Below are positions 1-8,820 of a DNA stretch of 45,609 nt, in pieces. Where the stretch lies: NCBI GenBank assembly GCA_040879785.1, contig JBBDJR010000004.1:80778-126386 (forward strand), written 5' to 3'. The notes beneath the pieces are model-generated. The model worked only from the letters and a program-made list of their open reading frames with translations. It was not told the origin of the DNA and did no database searches. The stretch's first letter is position 1; the number at the start of each line of letters is the position of its first letter. The translations under genes were made by a program, and so were the position numbers. This stretch comes from Candidatus Pacearchaeota archaeon. GTDB taxonomy: Archaea; Nanobdellota; Nanobdellia; Pacearchaeales; GW2011-AR1.

Positions 1-456
1 AATACTCGAGACGATATCTTTCATAGGGATTCCTGCATGAGCAAGTGCCATCGCAGCAGCATTTATTCCTGCACATCTCGTGGATGCGTCTGCCTGGATT
101 ATATTTACATGAACATCAATAACCATGCTCGGGTATTTCTTAATCAAAAGCACAGGGTCAAGAGCCCAACCAGAGATTTTACTTATCTCAGTACTTCTTC
201 TGCTCGGACCCGGCCGAATTCTGTCCGTAACAGAGAAACTCATCATATTATAATTAAGTCTTAGGGTTCCTTTTTTAGGGTCTTGTTGATGTTGAGGGTG
301 CATTTTTTTTGGTCCGTAAACAGCAGCGATAGCGACGGTATCCCCAAATGAAAACTTCGCGCTTCCGTCTGCACTAGGCACAACTCCGACTTCTGCTTTC
401 ATCGGCCTTATCTCATCAATTTTTCTTCCGTCTGATCTCTTAAATTCTTGTGTCAT
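1..456 (-). CDS. rrp41: Exosome complex RNase PH-like subunit Rrp41 (3' end runs off the window)
   Basis: Not in the ORF track. Manual translation from the ATG at 456 gives MTQEFKRSDGRKIDEIRPMKAEVGVVPSADGSAKFSFGDTVAIAAVYGPK...RPGPSRRSTEIS...IQADASTRCAGINAA, an RNase PH fold, and the gene lies downstream of rrp4. Confidence 0.95.
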   Translation of the reverse strand, partial: MTQEFKRSDGRKIDEIRPMKAEVGVVPSADGSAKFSFGDTVAIAAVYGPKKMHPQHQQDPKKGTLRLNYNMMSFSVTDRIRPGPSRRSTEISKISGWALDPVLLIKKYPSMVIDVHVNIIQADASTRCAGINAAAMALAHAGIPMKDIVSSI

Positions 457-679
457 TTTGATTGTATTGTTGATTTTGATTTGGTGTTTGTTGAGAAAGG
501 ATAATAGCATATTGATCAACTGTTTTTTTCCCTAAACTAGATCTTACATCAGAATCCATAACTCGTGCTCTTAAGTTAGTCATGCTCTTGGAGATTCTTT
601 TAGAGTCTCCCTCATTCCTTGCATCTTTAACGTCCTTTGAGAGTTCGCTTAACATATTTCTATAATCTTCCTTCTCCAT
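440..679 (-). CDS. Hypothetical 79-aa protein between rrp4 and rrp41
   Basis: Starts 1 bp after the rrp4 stop and overlaps the rrp41 start by 17 bp; charged helical composition with an N/Q-rich tail. Confidence 0.65.
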   Translation of the reverse strand: MEKEDYRNMLSELSKDVKDARNEGDSKRISKSMTNLRARVMDSDVRSSLGKKTVDQYAIILSQQTPNQNQQYNQNDTRI

Positions 680-680
680 A

Positions 681-1367
681 TTACTTCTTCCCTCCGGATT
701 TTTCTTTTTTAAACCATTCTTCTACTTTTTCAGTCAGGCCCGAAGAGACCGACTTTTCCGTTGCAAACAAAATTGCTCTTTTAACAAGGAGCTCGTCTTC
801 AACATTATCTCCTTTTACCCAGACCAATCCATTCTGACCTACAGTAATATTGCACCCGGATTCGTTTTTTATAAGGTTTATCATGCTTCCCTCTCTTCCT
901 ATAATTCGTGGAACCTTGTTAGGATTTATCTTTATTATTGTTCCTTCGTCAACCCTTCCAAGACCTCTCGCTCTTATTGTTAAATCAACACCTCTATTTG
1001 TAACTCCTACAACTTTTGCCACAACCATATCGCCTATATCAAGAACGTCGCTTAATCCTTCCTTACTTACATATTTTGGAACTTCTTGCAAAGGAAGGAA
1101 TGCCTCTTCGGGAGCATCGATACTAATAACCCATCCGTAGAAAGTAATATTCTCTACTTTTCCTATTATTACATTTCCGTTTCTCGGCTGATAAACTCCG
1201 GATAGCGGAATTACCTTAACTAACTTGTTTGATTCTTCAGAGAGACCGTATTTTATTGAGACTATTTTACCATCTCTTTTCTCAGTACCTTCTCCTGGAA
1301 GATATCCTTCTCCCTCGATGATTACTTCACCTGGAATTACTACTTCTCTGTTTATTTTGTTTTCCAT
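681..1367 (-). CDS. rrp4: Exosome RNA-binding cap protein Rrp4 (S1 + KH)
   Basis: VVIPGE N-terminus, YQPRNGNVIIG, S1 domain, KH motif RIIGREGSMI, VGQNGLVWV. Confidence 0.95.
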   Translation of the reverse strand: MENKINREVVIPGEVIIEGEGYLPGEGTEKRDGKIVSIKYGLSEESNKLVKVIPLSGVYQPRNGNVIIGKVENITFYGWVISIDAPEEAFLPLQEVPKYVSKEGLSDVLDIGDMVVAKVVGVTNRGVDLTIRARGLGRVDEGTIIKINPNKVPRIIGREGSMINLIKNESGCNITVGQNGLVWVKGDNVEDELLVKRAILFATEKSVSSGLTEKVEEWFKKEKSGGKK

Positions 1368-2048
1368 TTAGTTTTCTTCAATTTCTTCTGTAACTGCAGA
1401 ACCCTGAGTTACTGAATTTAGTTTATCGTAAAATGAGAAAAGCTGAGTTCCGGATGGAACATCCACGACGACTTCAAGGTCCCCGTTACCTAACCATTTC
1501 TCGCTTTCTTTGTAACTATTTATTACTCCGTAAGCCTTACCTGTGTAAATCGCAGGAATTGTTATTTTTATTCTTTTCGTTTCCATTTTTATTGGAAGAA
1601 CCTTACTTAACTTCTCAACAATCTCTTTCATCTGGTCTTCAATAGAGCCGTTTTTTATGTTAATGTTTGCCTGCTCCAAGGCATTTTTTATTCTCTCCGA
1701 GGTGTGAGGATTTCCGGTCTGAGGGTCAATAGCACTTTTGGAAAGAACATCCACTACTTGCCTAATCTTCTTATCTTTTTCCTCATCTCTGTGTTCCTGT
1801 GTCAAAAGAACCTCCCCTTCCTTAACAATCTTATTTGCGATTTCATAAACATCTCCAGTCCCGAAAGCCTCCTCGAGGTCCTTATCAGAAGCCTTAAAAC
1901 CTTTCTTAGAATCGCTAAGGATACTGTCTATTTCCAAAAAATCAGAATCAGAACTCTCTCCTTTTCTAACTTTCAATGCTTTATCCAGATCGACTATAAT
2001 CTCAAAATTCTTCCCGTATTTTTTTATTCTTGCAGTAGTTTGTACCAT
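1368..2048 (-). CDS. Ribosome maturation factor SBDS/Sdo1
   Basis: ARIKKYGKNFEIIVD, DLEEAFGT, IDPQTGNPH motifs; conserved position between psmA and rrp4. Confidence 0.95.
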   Translation of the reverse strand: MVQTTARIKKYGKNFEIIVDLDKALKVRKGESSDSDFLEIDSILSDSKKGFKASDKDLEEAFGTGDVYEIANKIVKEGEVLLTQEHRDEEKDKKIRQVVDVLSKSAIDPQTGNPHTSERIKNALEQANINIKNGSIEDQMKEIVEKLSKVLPIKMETKRIKITIPAIYTGKAYGVINSYKESEKWLGNGDLEVVVDVPSGTQLFSFYDKLNSVTQGSAVTEEIEEN

Positions 2049-2049
2049 C

Positions 2050-2775
2050 TTACTTAATAAATTCGTTTAGCTTTTCCTTTGCTATTCTCTTTAATTGCGC
2101 ATCATCATTTTTAATATAAACAATCTCAAACCTATTAATGTCAAAGTTTTTCCCCTGAATATCCTTAAATATATCAAGAGCCAGCTTAGCACCTTTTTTT
2201 ATATTGTTATCTGATTTGTATTTCTCTCTTAGTTTTTCTTTTATCTCTTCGTCCCTTTCGCCTATTGCGTTTGCGTAGTATGAAAAATAGTTCCCAGTTA
2301 TGTCACTTGTGTAAAGCTCTGGTTTTTTATCTCTTATTCCTGCTAGCATGAATGAAACCCCAAAAGGTCTTGCTCCTCCGTATTGAGTAAATTGCTGTTT
2401 TACATTAGATATTTCTTTGATTATAAGTTCGGGTTCGATAAGCGAGTCGTAAGTTATTCTGTGTTGCTGTGCAACGACTTGTGCCCTCTCGACAAGAATC
2501 CTTCCGTCAGACACAACTCCTGCAATACTAGAAATGAGGTGAGAATCTATCTCATAAATCTTGTTTGATGATTGTTGAACAATGAGCCTATCAGTTATCC
2601 TTTTATCTGCTAGAATAAAAACACCGTCGGAACAAACCATTCCAATACTTGCACTTCCAAGCCTCACGGCTTTCTCTGCGTAAACAACTTGTAAAATTGT
2701 TCCTTCCGGAGAAAACATTGTTGCAGTTCTATCATAGCCCATTGCTTGATGCTGCATGTCTGTTGGCATTTCCAT
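2050..2775 (-). CDS. psmA: Proteasome alpha subunit
   Basis: GYDRTATMFSPEG and QFTQYGGARPFGVS signature motifs. Confidence 0.97.
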   Translation of the reverse strand: MEMPTDMQHQAMGYDRTATMFSPEGTILQVVYAEKAVRLGSASIGMVCSDGVFILADKRITDRLIVQQSSNKIYEIDSHLISSIAGVVSDGRILVERAQVVAQQHRITYDSLIEPELIIKEISNVKQQFTQYGGARPFGVSFMLAGIRDKKPELYTSDITGNYFSYYANAIGERDEEIKEKLREKYKSDNNIKKGAKLALDIFKDIQGKNFDINRFEIVYIKNDDAQLKRIAKEKLNEFIK

Positions 2776-2899
2776 TTGAATTTTCTGTTGGAGAATTGTA
2801 TAATCTGGTCTATCTTGCTATAATTCTCGATTTATTATCTCTTCTCAACCAAAACATAAAATTATGCCTTGTTTAAAAGGTTTTTGGTGCCAAAATCGC

Positions 2900-3169
2900 T
2901 CATCCTCTCAACCCTTTCAAGGTCCCGCTAACCTTTCTAACTTCCAGATTTCCAGGCCAGATTGCAAAGCACGCCCGGACAGAATCCACAGACTCACGAT
3001 TCGTAGAAATGATTGTACTATCTTTGCCAGATTTTATCCAGTTCAGCCCGACTTTTGATATTCCCAAAACACCAATTCCTTCAAGAATTGCCTTTTCAAT
3101 TTCATTGGCTTTGCCGCGAACAAGCAGATATCTTTTCTTTTCTCGCGCGCTCGGCTTCAAAGATTTCAT
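2900..3169 (-). CDS. RNase P protein Pop5/Rpp14 family
   Basis: LKPSAREKKRYLL and VSGTLKGL motifs; upstream of psmA as in the archaeal superoperon. Confidence 0.85.
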   Translation of the reverse strand: MKSLKPSAREKKRYLLVRGKANEIEKAILEGIGVLGISKVGLNWIKSGKDSTIISTNRESVDSVRACFAIWPGNLEVRKVSGTLKGLRG

Positions 3170-3211
3170 AAAGAAACAAAGAAAAAGACGTTTTTATATT
3201 TTTCACACAAT

Positions 3212-3472
3212 CTAGACCCTTCCAACAATCCCTTCCAAATTAACAATCCTTTCAACTTCCTCGCAGATATTTATTGTTTTTCTATAAGCCCTTACTTTTT
3301 CAGGCTCCTTAATCATCCCTATATATCCAAGAGTTCTTCTTAAGATTCCCTGGTTTTTATCATAGGATTCAACGGCCATTACTAATTCCTTATAAGACTT
3401 CTCAAGTAAATTATCCCGAATAATTATTCTCTCTTCTCTTGAGAACGGACTCTCGAAATATTTAATTTCCAT
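3212..3472 (-). CDS. Hypothetical protein
   Basis: 86-aa ATG ORF filling the intergenic space, with an AT-rich TATA-like region upstream. Confidence 0.55.
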   Translation of the reverse strand: MEIKYFESPFSREERIIIRDNLLEKSYKELVMAVESYDKNQGILRRTLGYIGMIKEPEKVRAYRKTINICEEVERIVNLEGIVGRV

Positions 3473-3625
3473 AATTATTTTTAGGCTAAGTTATGTTTAT
3501 AAAATTATCATAAAGGAATACAATACATTAAACTTTTAAATACAATTTCCCAATAAACTTTATAAAGAGGTGGAAATCATTAATAAGTGAATGCAGGTTT
3601 AGCGTTCTTTCAAAATTATATTAAA

Positions 3626-5053
3626 ATGGAAATATGCACTGTCGGAGGATTTGAAGAAGTAGGAAAAAACATGACTGCTGTGAAAGTCAACGATGATGTC
3701 TTTATTTTTGATATGGGTTTACATATACCTGGGATTGTTGAACTTCAAGAAGAGCATTTTACCGCTTTTACTCACAGGCTCAAGGATAATAAAAAGGGCA
3801 GAGGAAATCCTCATCAACAGAATACAAAAAATCAGAGAAAGCAAGGACAGCAACATTCTGAAAAAGAATTAAGAGAATTTGGAGCCATTCCTGATGACAG
3901 GGTTTTAAACAAATTAGGTTGGAGAGATAAAGTAAGGGCTATTTTTATTGGTCACGCGCATTTGGATCATGTAGGAGGAGTTCCCTATATTATAGAGAGA
4001 TATCCAGGGGTTCCAATATATGCAACTCCCTTTACTATGAAAGTACTTGAAGCGATTTCTGAAGACGAAGGAAAAAAATCAAATAACCAAAGAAAAGTCA
4101 TTCAAGCAAACTCAACTCATTCCGTTAAAGGAAAGTCCGGAAGTTACAAAGTAGATTTTATCCACACAACTCATTCAACAATTGATTGCGTCTTCGTTGC
4201 ATTACACACTCAGGAAGGCACATTTTTCTATGCACTGGATTTGAAATTTGATAATCATCCTACAATGGGAGACCCTCCAAAATATAAAAAGCTGAAAGAC
4301 ATAGGAAAGCAAGGAGTAAAGGTTCTTGTTATGGATGCACTTTATTCCGGAACAGAAAAAGAACCCGGGAGCGAAACAATCGCAAGGCATTTAGTTAAAG
4401 AGGCCTTTTTGAAAGTTAAGCGTTCTAAGCAAGCAGTTTTTGTAACAACTTTCTCATCCCATATCGAAAGACTGAATAGTATAGTTGAATTCGGAAAAAA
4501 GACGGGAAGAGAAATCGTTTTCTTAGGAAGAAGCTTAAACAAATATACAAGGGCCGCGATGGATGTCAATAAATGTCCTTTCAAGAACGATGTAAAACTA
4601 GTGAAATATAGTAAACAGGTTAACTCTTTCCTTAAGAATGTTGAAAAAAACAGAGGGAAATATTTGGTTGTTTGCACAGGACATCAGGCGGAGGAGAACT
4701 CAATCCTTGACAGAATTGTTAGGGGAGAAACTCCGTTTAAATTTAGAGCAGAAGATAACGTGGTCTTTTCTTCATCAGTTATTCCAACTCCAATTAATGT
4801 TGCAGCGAGGGAAAAGATGGATAGTAAACTGAGAAGAATGGGTGTGAAGTTGCAGACAGATGTTCACGTTTCGGGTCATGGAAGCAGAGAGGATATGAGA
4901 GACCTTATAAGAATGCTGAAGCCCGAACATATAATCCCTGCCCACGGAACACTCCAACAGGAAACACCTTTAGTTGAGCTTTCTTCAGAGATGGGTTACA
5001 AATTCGGAGAGACCTCACATCTTTCTACTAACGGGAAGGTTTTGAAATTCTAA
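3626..5053 (+). CDS. rnj: RNase J family beta-CASP ribonuclease
   Basis: MEICTVGGFEEVGKNMT, HAHLDH, THST, FSSHIER, HVSGH and IPAHG motifs. The ATG at 3626 is preferred over the track's GTG at 3587. Confidence 0.93.
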   Translation: MEICTVGGFEEVGKNMTAVKVNDDVFIFDMGLHIPGIVELQEEHFTAFTHRLKDNKKGRGNPHQQNTKNQRKQGQQHSEKELREFGAIPDDRVLNKLGWRDKVRAIFIGHAHLDHVGGVPYIIERYPGVPIYATPFTMKVLEAISEDEGKKSNNQRKVIQANSTHSVKGKSGSYKVDFIHTTHSTIDCVFVALHTQEGTFFYALDLKFDNHPTMGDPPKYKKLKDIGKQGVKVLVMDALYSGTEKEPGSETIARHLVKEAFLKVKRSKQAVFVTTFSSHIERLNSIVEFGKKTGREIVFLGRSLNKYTRAAMDVNKCPFKNDVKLVKYSKQVNSFLKNVEKNRGKYLVVCTGHQAEENSILDRIVRGETPFKFRAEDNVVFSSSVIPTPINVAAREKMDSKLRRMGVKLQTDVHVSGHGSREDMRDLIRMLKPEHIIPAHGTLQQETPLVELSSEMGYKFGETSHLSTNGKVLKF

Positions 5054-5096
5054 TAAATAAGAAATAATTTTTAAACTAACCTTTCTTTAATTTAAC

Positions 5097-5519
5097 ATGC
5101 CAATAACAGAAATTGTTGACGGATTGAAATATGCGCTTGCTCGGGGAGAGACCCTTGAGAAAGCCATGATGAGCTTTTTTAATGCTGGCTACACAAAGGA
5201 GGAAATTGAGCAGGCGGCAGCCTCTTTAAACACTCCGCAAATGCCTCAAGGCTACCCTGCAGGAACTAACTTACAGCAACCTTCCGCTCAGGGAACAGCC
5301 CAACAATCTCCTTCTCAAACACAACCCTCTCAGCAATTACAACAGTCCTCTCCACAAGTTGTCCAAAGAGTTTCGGATTACGGGTCAAAGCCAAGCTCGT
5401 CGGGAAAGGCAATAACATTTGTTCTAATTACAATTCTGATTTTTTTATTGGGAATTCTTGTTTCTGTTTTCCTTTTCAGAGAAGAACTGGCAGAATTTCT
5501 TAACTCCCTTCTAAGTTAA
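5097..5519 (+). CDS. Membrane-anchored protein with Q/S/P-rich linker
   Basis: N-terminal small helical domain (ALARGETLE...AGYTKEEIEQA), low-complexity linker, C-terminal TM helix. Confidence 0.75.
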   Translation: MPITEIVDGLKYALARGETLEKAMMSFFNAGYTKEEIEQAAASLNTPQMPQGYPAGTNLQQPSAQGTAQQSPSQTQPSQQLQQSSPQVVQRVSDYGSKPSSSGKAITFVLITILIFLLGILVSVFLFREELAEFLNSLLS

Positions 5520-5588
5520 ATTTAACCAAATGATTGACTGGACAACAATCAATTTTATATAGTTCTCGGTGAATTTGTTTTATATAAA

Positions 5589-6755
5589 ATGGTAAAATTT
5601 GCACACTTAGCAGACGTTCATCTCGGAGGATGGAAACACCAGTTGCTCCAGGATCTTAATTTACAATCTTTCAAAAAAGCCATAGACATATGCATAAACG
5701 AGAGGGTAGAGTTTGTTTTGATTGCAGGAGACTTATTTGATTCAGCATTTCCTCCGATAGATGTTCTTAAGGAAACTTTTGCAGAATTCAGAAGGTTAAA
5801 AGAAGCGGGAATCCCGTGCTTTATTATTGCAGGAAGTCACGACTATTCTGTCTCAGGAAAAACTTTTTTGGATGTGCTTGAAAAGGCAGGGTTTTGTAAA
5901 AATGTTGAAGACCACCAGGAAAAAGGTGATAAAATAATCCTTAACCCGACGTTATACAAGAATGTTGCAATTTACGGGTATCCTGGAAAAACCTCTGGAA
6001 TGGAGCTCGACGAATTAAAGAGAGCAGAGTTCAATGACTCTCCAGGAATGTTCAAGATATTCATGCTCCACACCACAATAGACAAGGCGAAAGGAAATCT
6101 CCCGATAGACTCGTTAGATACTTCCAAAGTCCCAAAAGCAGATTATTATGCATGCGGACATCTTCACATAGACTTCCAGTACGAAAACTTTGTTTATCCC
6201 GGACCGATATTCCCTAACAACTTTCAGGAATTGGAAGACCTTAATCACGGAAGGTTTTGCATAATAGATACTGGCCTAGACCCAAAAAATCAATTTAAAA
6301 GAGTTGAAATAAAAATTAAAGATGTTGTCTCACTGGAAATTGAGATTGATAATGCTCTTCTGGCAACGGAGAAGATAATTGCCGAACTAGAAAAAAGAGA
6401 CATTGAAGATAAAATAGTTCTTCTAAGATTGAAGGGTGCCCTTGAAAGCGGAAAGCACTCTGACATAAAATTCTCAAAAATAGAAGAGACAGCGGAGAGA
6501 AAGAATGCATACCTTCTACTAAGGAATACTCACGAGTTAAAGATGAAAGAGGTTGACACTGAATTTAAAGTAGAAGAAACAGAGAATATAGAAGAGGAAA
6601 CCGTAAAGATTTATCTTGACCAGAATCCATCTGATTTTAATAAAAATGTTTCTCCTATGATGAGAATTCTATCTACAGAAAGACAGGAAGGAGAAACCGC
6701 AGAGAGTTTTACAAAAAGACTTGTAGAAGAATCAAATAAAGTATTCAATTTATAA
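5589..6755 (+). CDS. mre11: DNA double-strand break repair nuclease Mre11
   Basis: Metallophosphoesterase motifs DVHLG, AGDLFD, GSHD, GHLH; directly upstream of rad50. Confidence 0.93.
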   Translation: MVKFAHLADVHLGGWKHQLLQDLNLQSFKKAIDICINERVEFVLIAGDLFDSAFPPIDVLKETFAEFRRLKEAGIPCFIIAGSHDYSVSGKTFLDVLEKAGFCKNVEDHQEKGDKIILNPTLYKNVAIYGYPGKTSGMELDELKRAEFNDSPGMFKIFMLHTTIDKAKGNLPIDSLDTSKVPKADYYACGHLHIDFQYENFVYPGPIFPNNFQELEDLNHGRFCIIDTGLDPKNQFKRVEIKIKDVVSLEIEIDNALLATEKIIAELEKRDIEDKIVLLRLKGALESGKHSDIKFSKIEETAERKNAYLLLRNTHELKMKEVDTEFKVEETENIEEETVKIYLDQNPSDFNKNVSPMMRILSTERQEGETAESFTKRLVEESNKVFNL

Positions 6756-6756
6756 A

Positions 6757-8820
6757 ATGAAACTAAAAAAGATAAGACTCAATAATATTAGAAGTTATAA
6801 GAATCAGGAAGTGACATTTCCCGAGGGCTCAATCCTTCTTTCAGGAGACATTGGTTCCGGAAAAACATCAGTTCTCCTCGGGATAGAGTTTGCTTTGTTC
6901 GGATTGCAACCGGGTCAGCGAGGAAATTCCTTGTTAAGAAATGGAGAAGACGAAGGCGGAGTAGAGATGGAGATGGATATTGATAATCAAAGTGTGATTG
7001 TAGAAAGAACGCTAAAAAGAGGAAAAACAGTTTCACAGGATTATTGTGCAATAACTGTCGACGGTGAAAAACAAGAGCTTTCGGTTACAGAATTAAAAGA
7101 TAAAGTTCTTGACATACTTAACTACCCAAAAGAATTCTCAAAAAAACAAAATATTTTGTATAAGTTCACGGTTTATACTCCACAAGAAGGGATGAAGCAA
7201 ATAATTCTGGAGAACCCTGAAATAAGAGTTAATACCTTAAGGCATATTTTTGGGATTGACAAGTATAAAAGAATAATTGAAAATGCATCTATTCTTTCTT
7301 CAAAACTAAGAGAAGAGAGAAGACTTAAGGAAGGAATGATAGACAGTCTGGAGGAAGATAAAAACTCCTTAACTTCAAAAGAAGAGGATTTAGAAACTAA
7401 ACAGTATAATCTTGCATCTATTGAAAAGGAGCTTTTTTCAAAAACAGAATCCAGAAAAAAAATTCAGGAAGAAAAAGAAGAAATCTCAAAAAAGATGGAG
7501 GAAAGGAGAAGTCTAAAACAAGAAATAGAAAAAACAAAGATAATGATTTCTAACAAAAAAGAGAGCCTGTCTGAAAATAGAAAAACAATGGAACATCTCG
7601 AATCCCAGATAAAAGAACTCTCAGATATTGATTTTGATGAAAAAAAGATTGAGAAACTCGAGGGAGATATTTCATCTAACAAAAAAGATAAAGAATTACT
7701 TAATGACGAGAATTTAAAGATAACATTTGAAATAGATTCTCTGAATTCAAAAAATAATGAGAATGAGAATTTAAGAAAAAAGATAACCGAAATTGATATT
7801 TGCCCGACTTGTCTTCAAAATGTTGACCCTACATATAGGAGCAATGTCGTCAACAAAGTAGATTCGGATATATCCTCAAATAAAAATAAGATGAACGAGC
7901 TTAAAGAAAGAAAAGAGATTATTTTGAGAAAGATTTCAAATATCGAAGAGCAAATAAAATCAAAAGAAAAAGAGCTCCAGGAATTAACGATATTAAAGTT
8001 TAAGGTTCAGAATGTTGAAGAGAGAAAGAAGAGGGTTGAAGAAATCAAAAAAACAAACGAATCTATAGAAAGTGATGTTAGTATACTCAATCAGCATATG
8101 GAATCTCTCAATAAGTCTGTATTTGATTTGAATAAGTACGAGAATATTTTCGAGTCAAAACAGCAGGAACTCGAGGATGCTATGAAAGACGAAAGAATGG
8201 CTGAGATAAAAGTGGCAGAACTAAGGAAAGAGATTGAGGTTTTTTCAAGGCAAATAGAAGAACTTAAAGAAAGAATAAATAAAACAGAGGAGATAAAAGA
8301 AAAAGTTAATTACCTTATAAAATTAGAGACATGGATTACAAAGAGTTTTGTTCCGATGGTTTCACTTACTGAGAAAAATGTGATGCTCAGACTTAAGAAA
8401 GAATTTTCGGAGCTCTTTTCAACATGGTTCCCTATGCTTGTGCCGGATAATTTTGATGTAAGCCTCGACGATAATTTTACTCCTGTGATGAGTTACCAGG
8501 ATTATGACATTGGTTACTCTGATCTTTCAGGAGGGGAAAGAACCGCTATTGCTTTAGCTTACAGACTTGCACTAAATCAGGTTGTCAATTCTCTTCTGGG
8601 AAAAATAAAAACTCGCGATATTGTTATTCTGGATGAGCCTACAGACGGATTTTCAGATATGCAAATTGATAAAATGAGGGATGTTTTCAGACAGCTTGAC
8701 GTCGCACAGTTAATAATCGTTAGCCACGAGCAGAAAATTGAAAGCTTTGTAGAAAATGTAATTCGATTTAAGAAAGAGCACGGAGTCTCAGAAGTTGAAT
8801 CTCAGGATTTTATTAGTTAA
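6757..8820 (+). CDS. rad50: Rad50 SMC-like ATPase
   Basis: Walker A GDIGSGKT, coiled coil with zinc hook CPTC, signature LSGGE, Walker B DEPT, H-loop VSH. Confidence 0.93.
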   Translation: MKLKKIRLNNIRSYKNQEVTFPEGSILLSGDIGSGKTSVLLGIEFALFGLQPGQRGNSLLRNGEDEGGVEMEMDIDNQSVIVERTLKRGKTVSQDYCAITVDGEKQELSVTELKDKVLDILNYPKEFSKKQNILYKFTVYTPQEGMKQIILENPEIRVNTLRHIFGIDKYKRIIENASILSSKLREERRLKEGMIDSLEEDKNSLTSKEEDLETKQYNLASIEKELFSKTESRKKIQEEKEEISKKMEERRSLKQEIEKTKIMISNKKESLSENRKTMEHLESQIKELSDIDFDEKKIEKLEGDISSNKKDKELLNDENLKITFEIDSLNSKNNENENLRKKITEIDICPTCLQNVDPTYRSNVVNKVDSDISSNKNKMNELKERKEIILRKISNIEEQIKSKEKELQELTILKFKVQNVEERKKRVEEIKKTNESIESDVSILNQHMESLNKSVFDLNKYENIFESKQQELEDAMKDERMAEIKVAELRKEIEVFSRQIEELKERINKTEEIKEKVNYLIKLETWITKSFVPMVSLTEKNVMLRLKKEFSELFSTWFPMLVPDNFDVSLDDNFTPVMSYQDYDIGYSDLSGGERTAIALAYRLALNQVVNSLLGKIKTRDIVILDEPTDGFSDMQIDKMRDVFRQLDVAQLIIVSHEQKIESFVENVIRFKKEHGVSEVESQDFIS

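Noticed and set aside
37-264. 75-aa plus-strand ORF and similar short antisense or nested ORFs in the track (e.g. 850..1140, 22670..23113, 28221..28661, 33716..34231)
   Set aside because: They are shadows of well-supported genes on the opposite strand or in another frame, with no motifs.
3587-3625. GTG-start N-terminal extension of RNase J
   Set aside because: Family similarity begins at MEICTVGG (ATG 3626).
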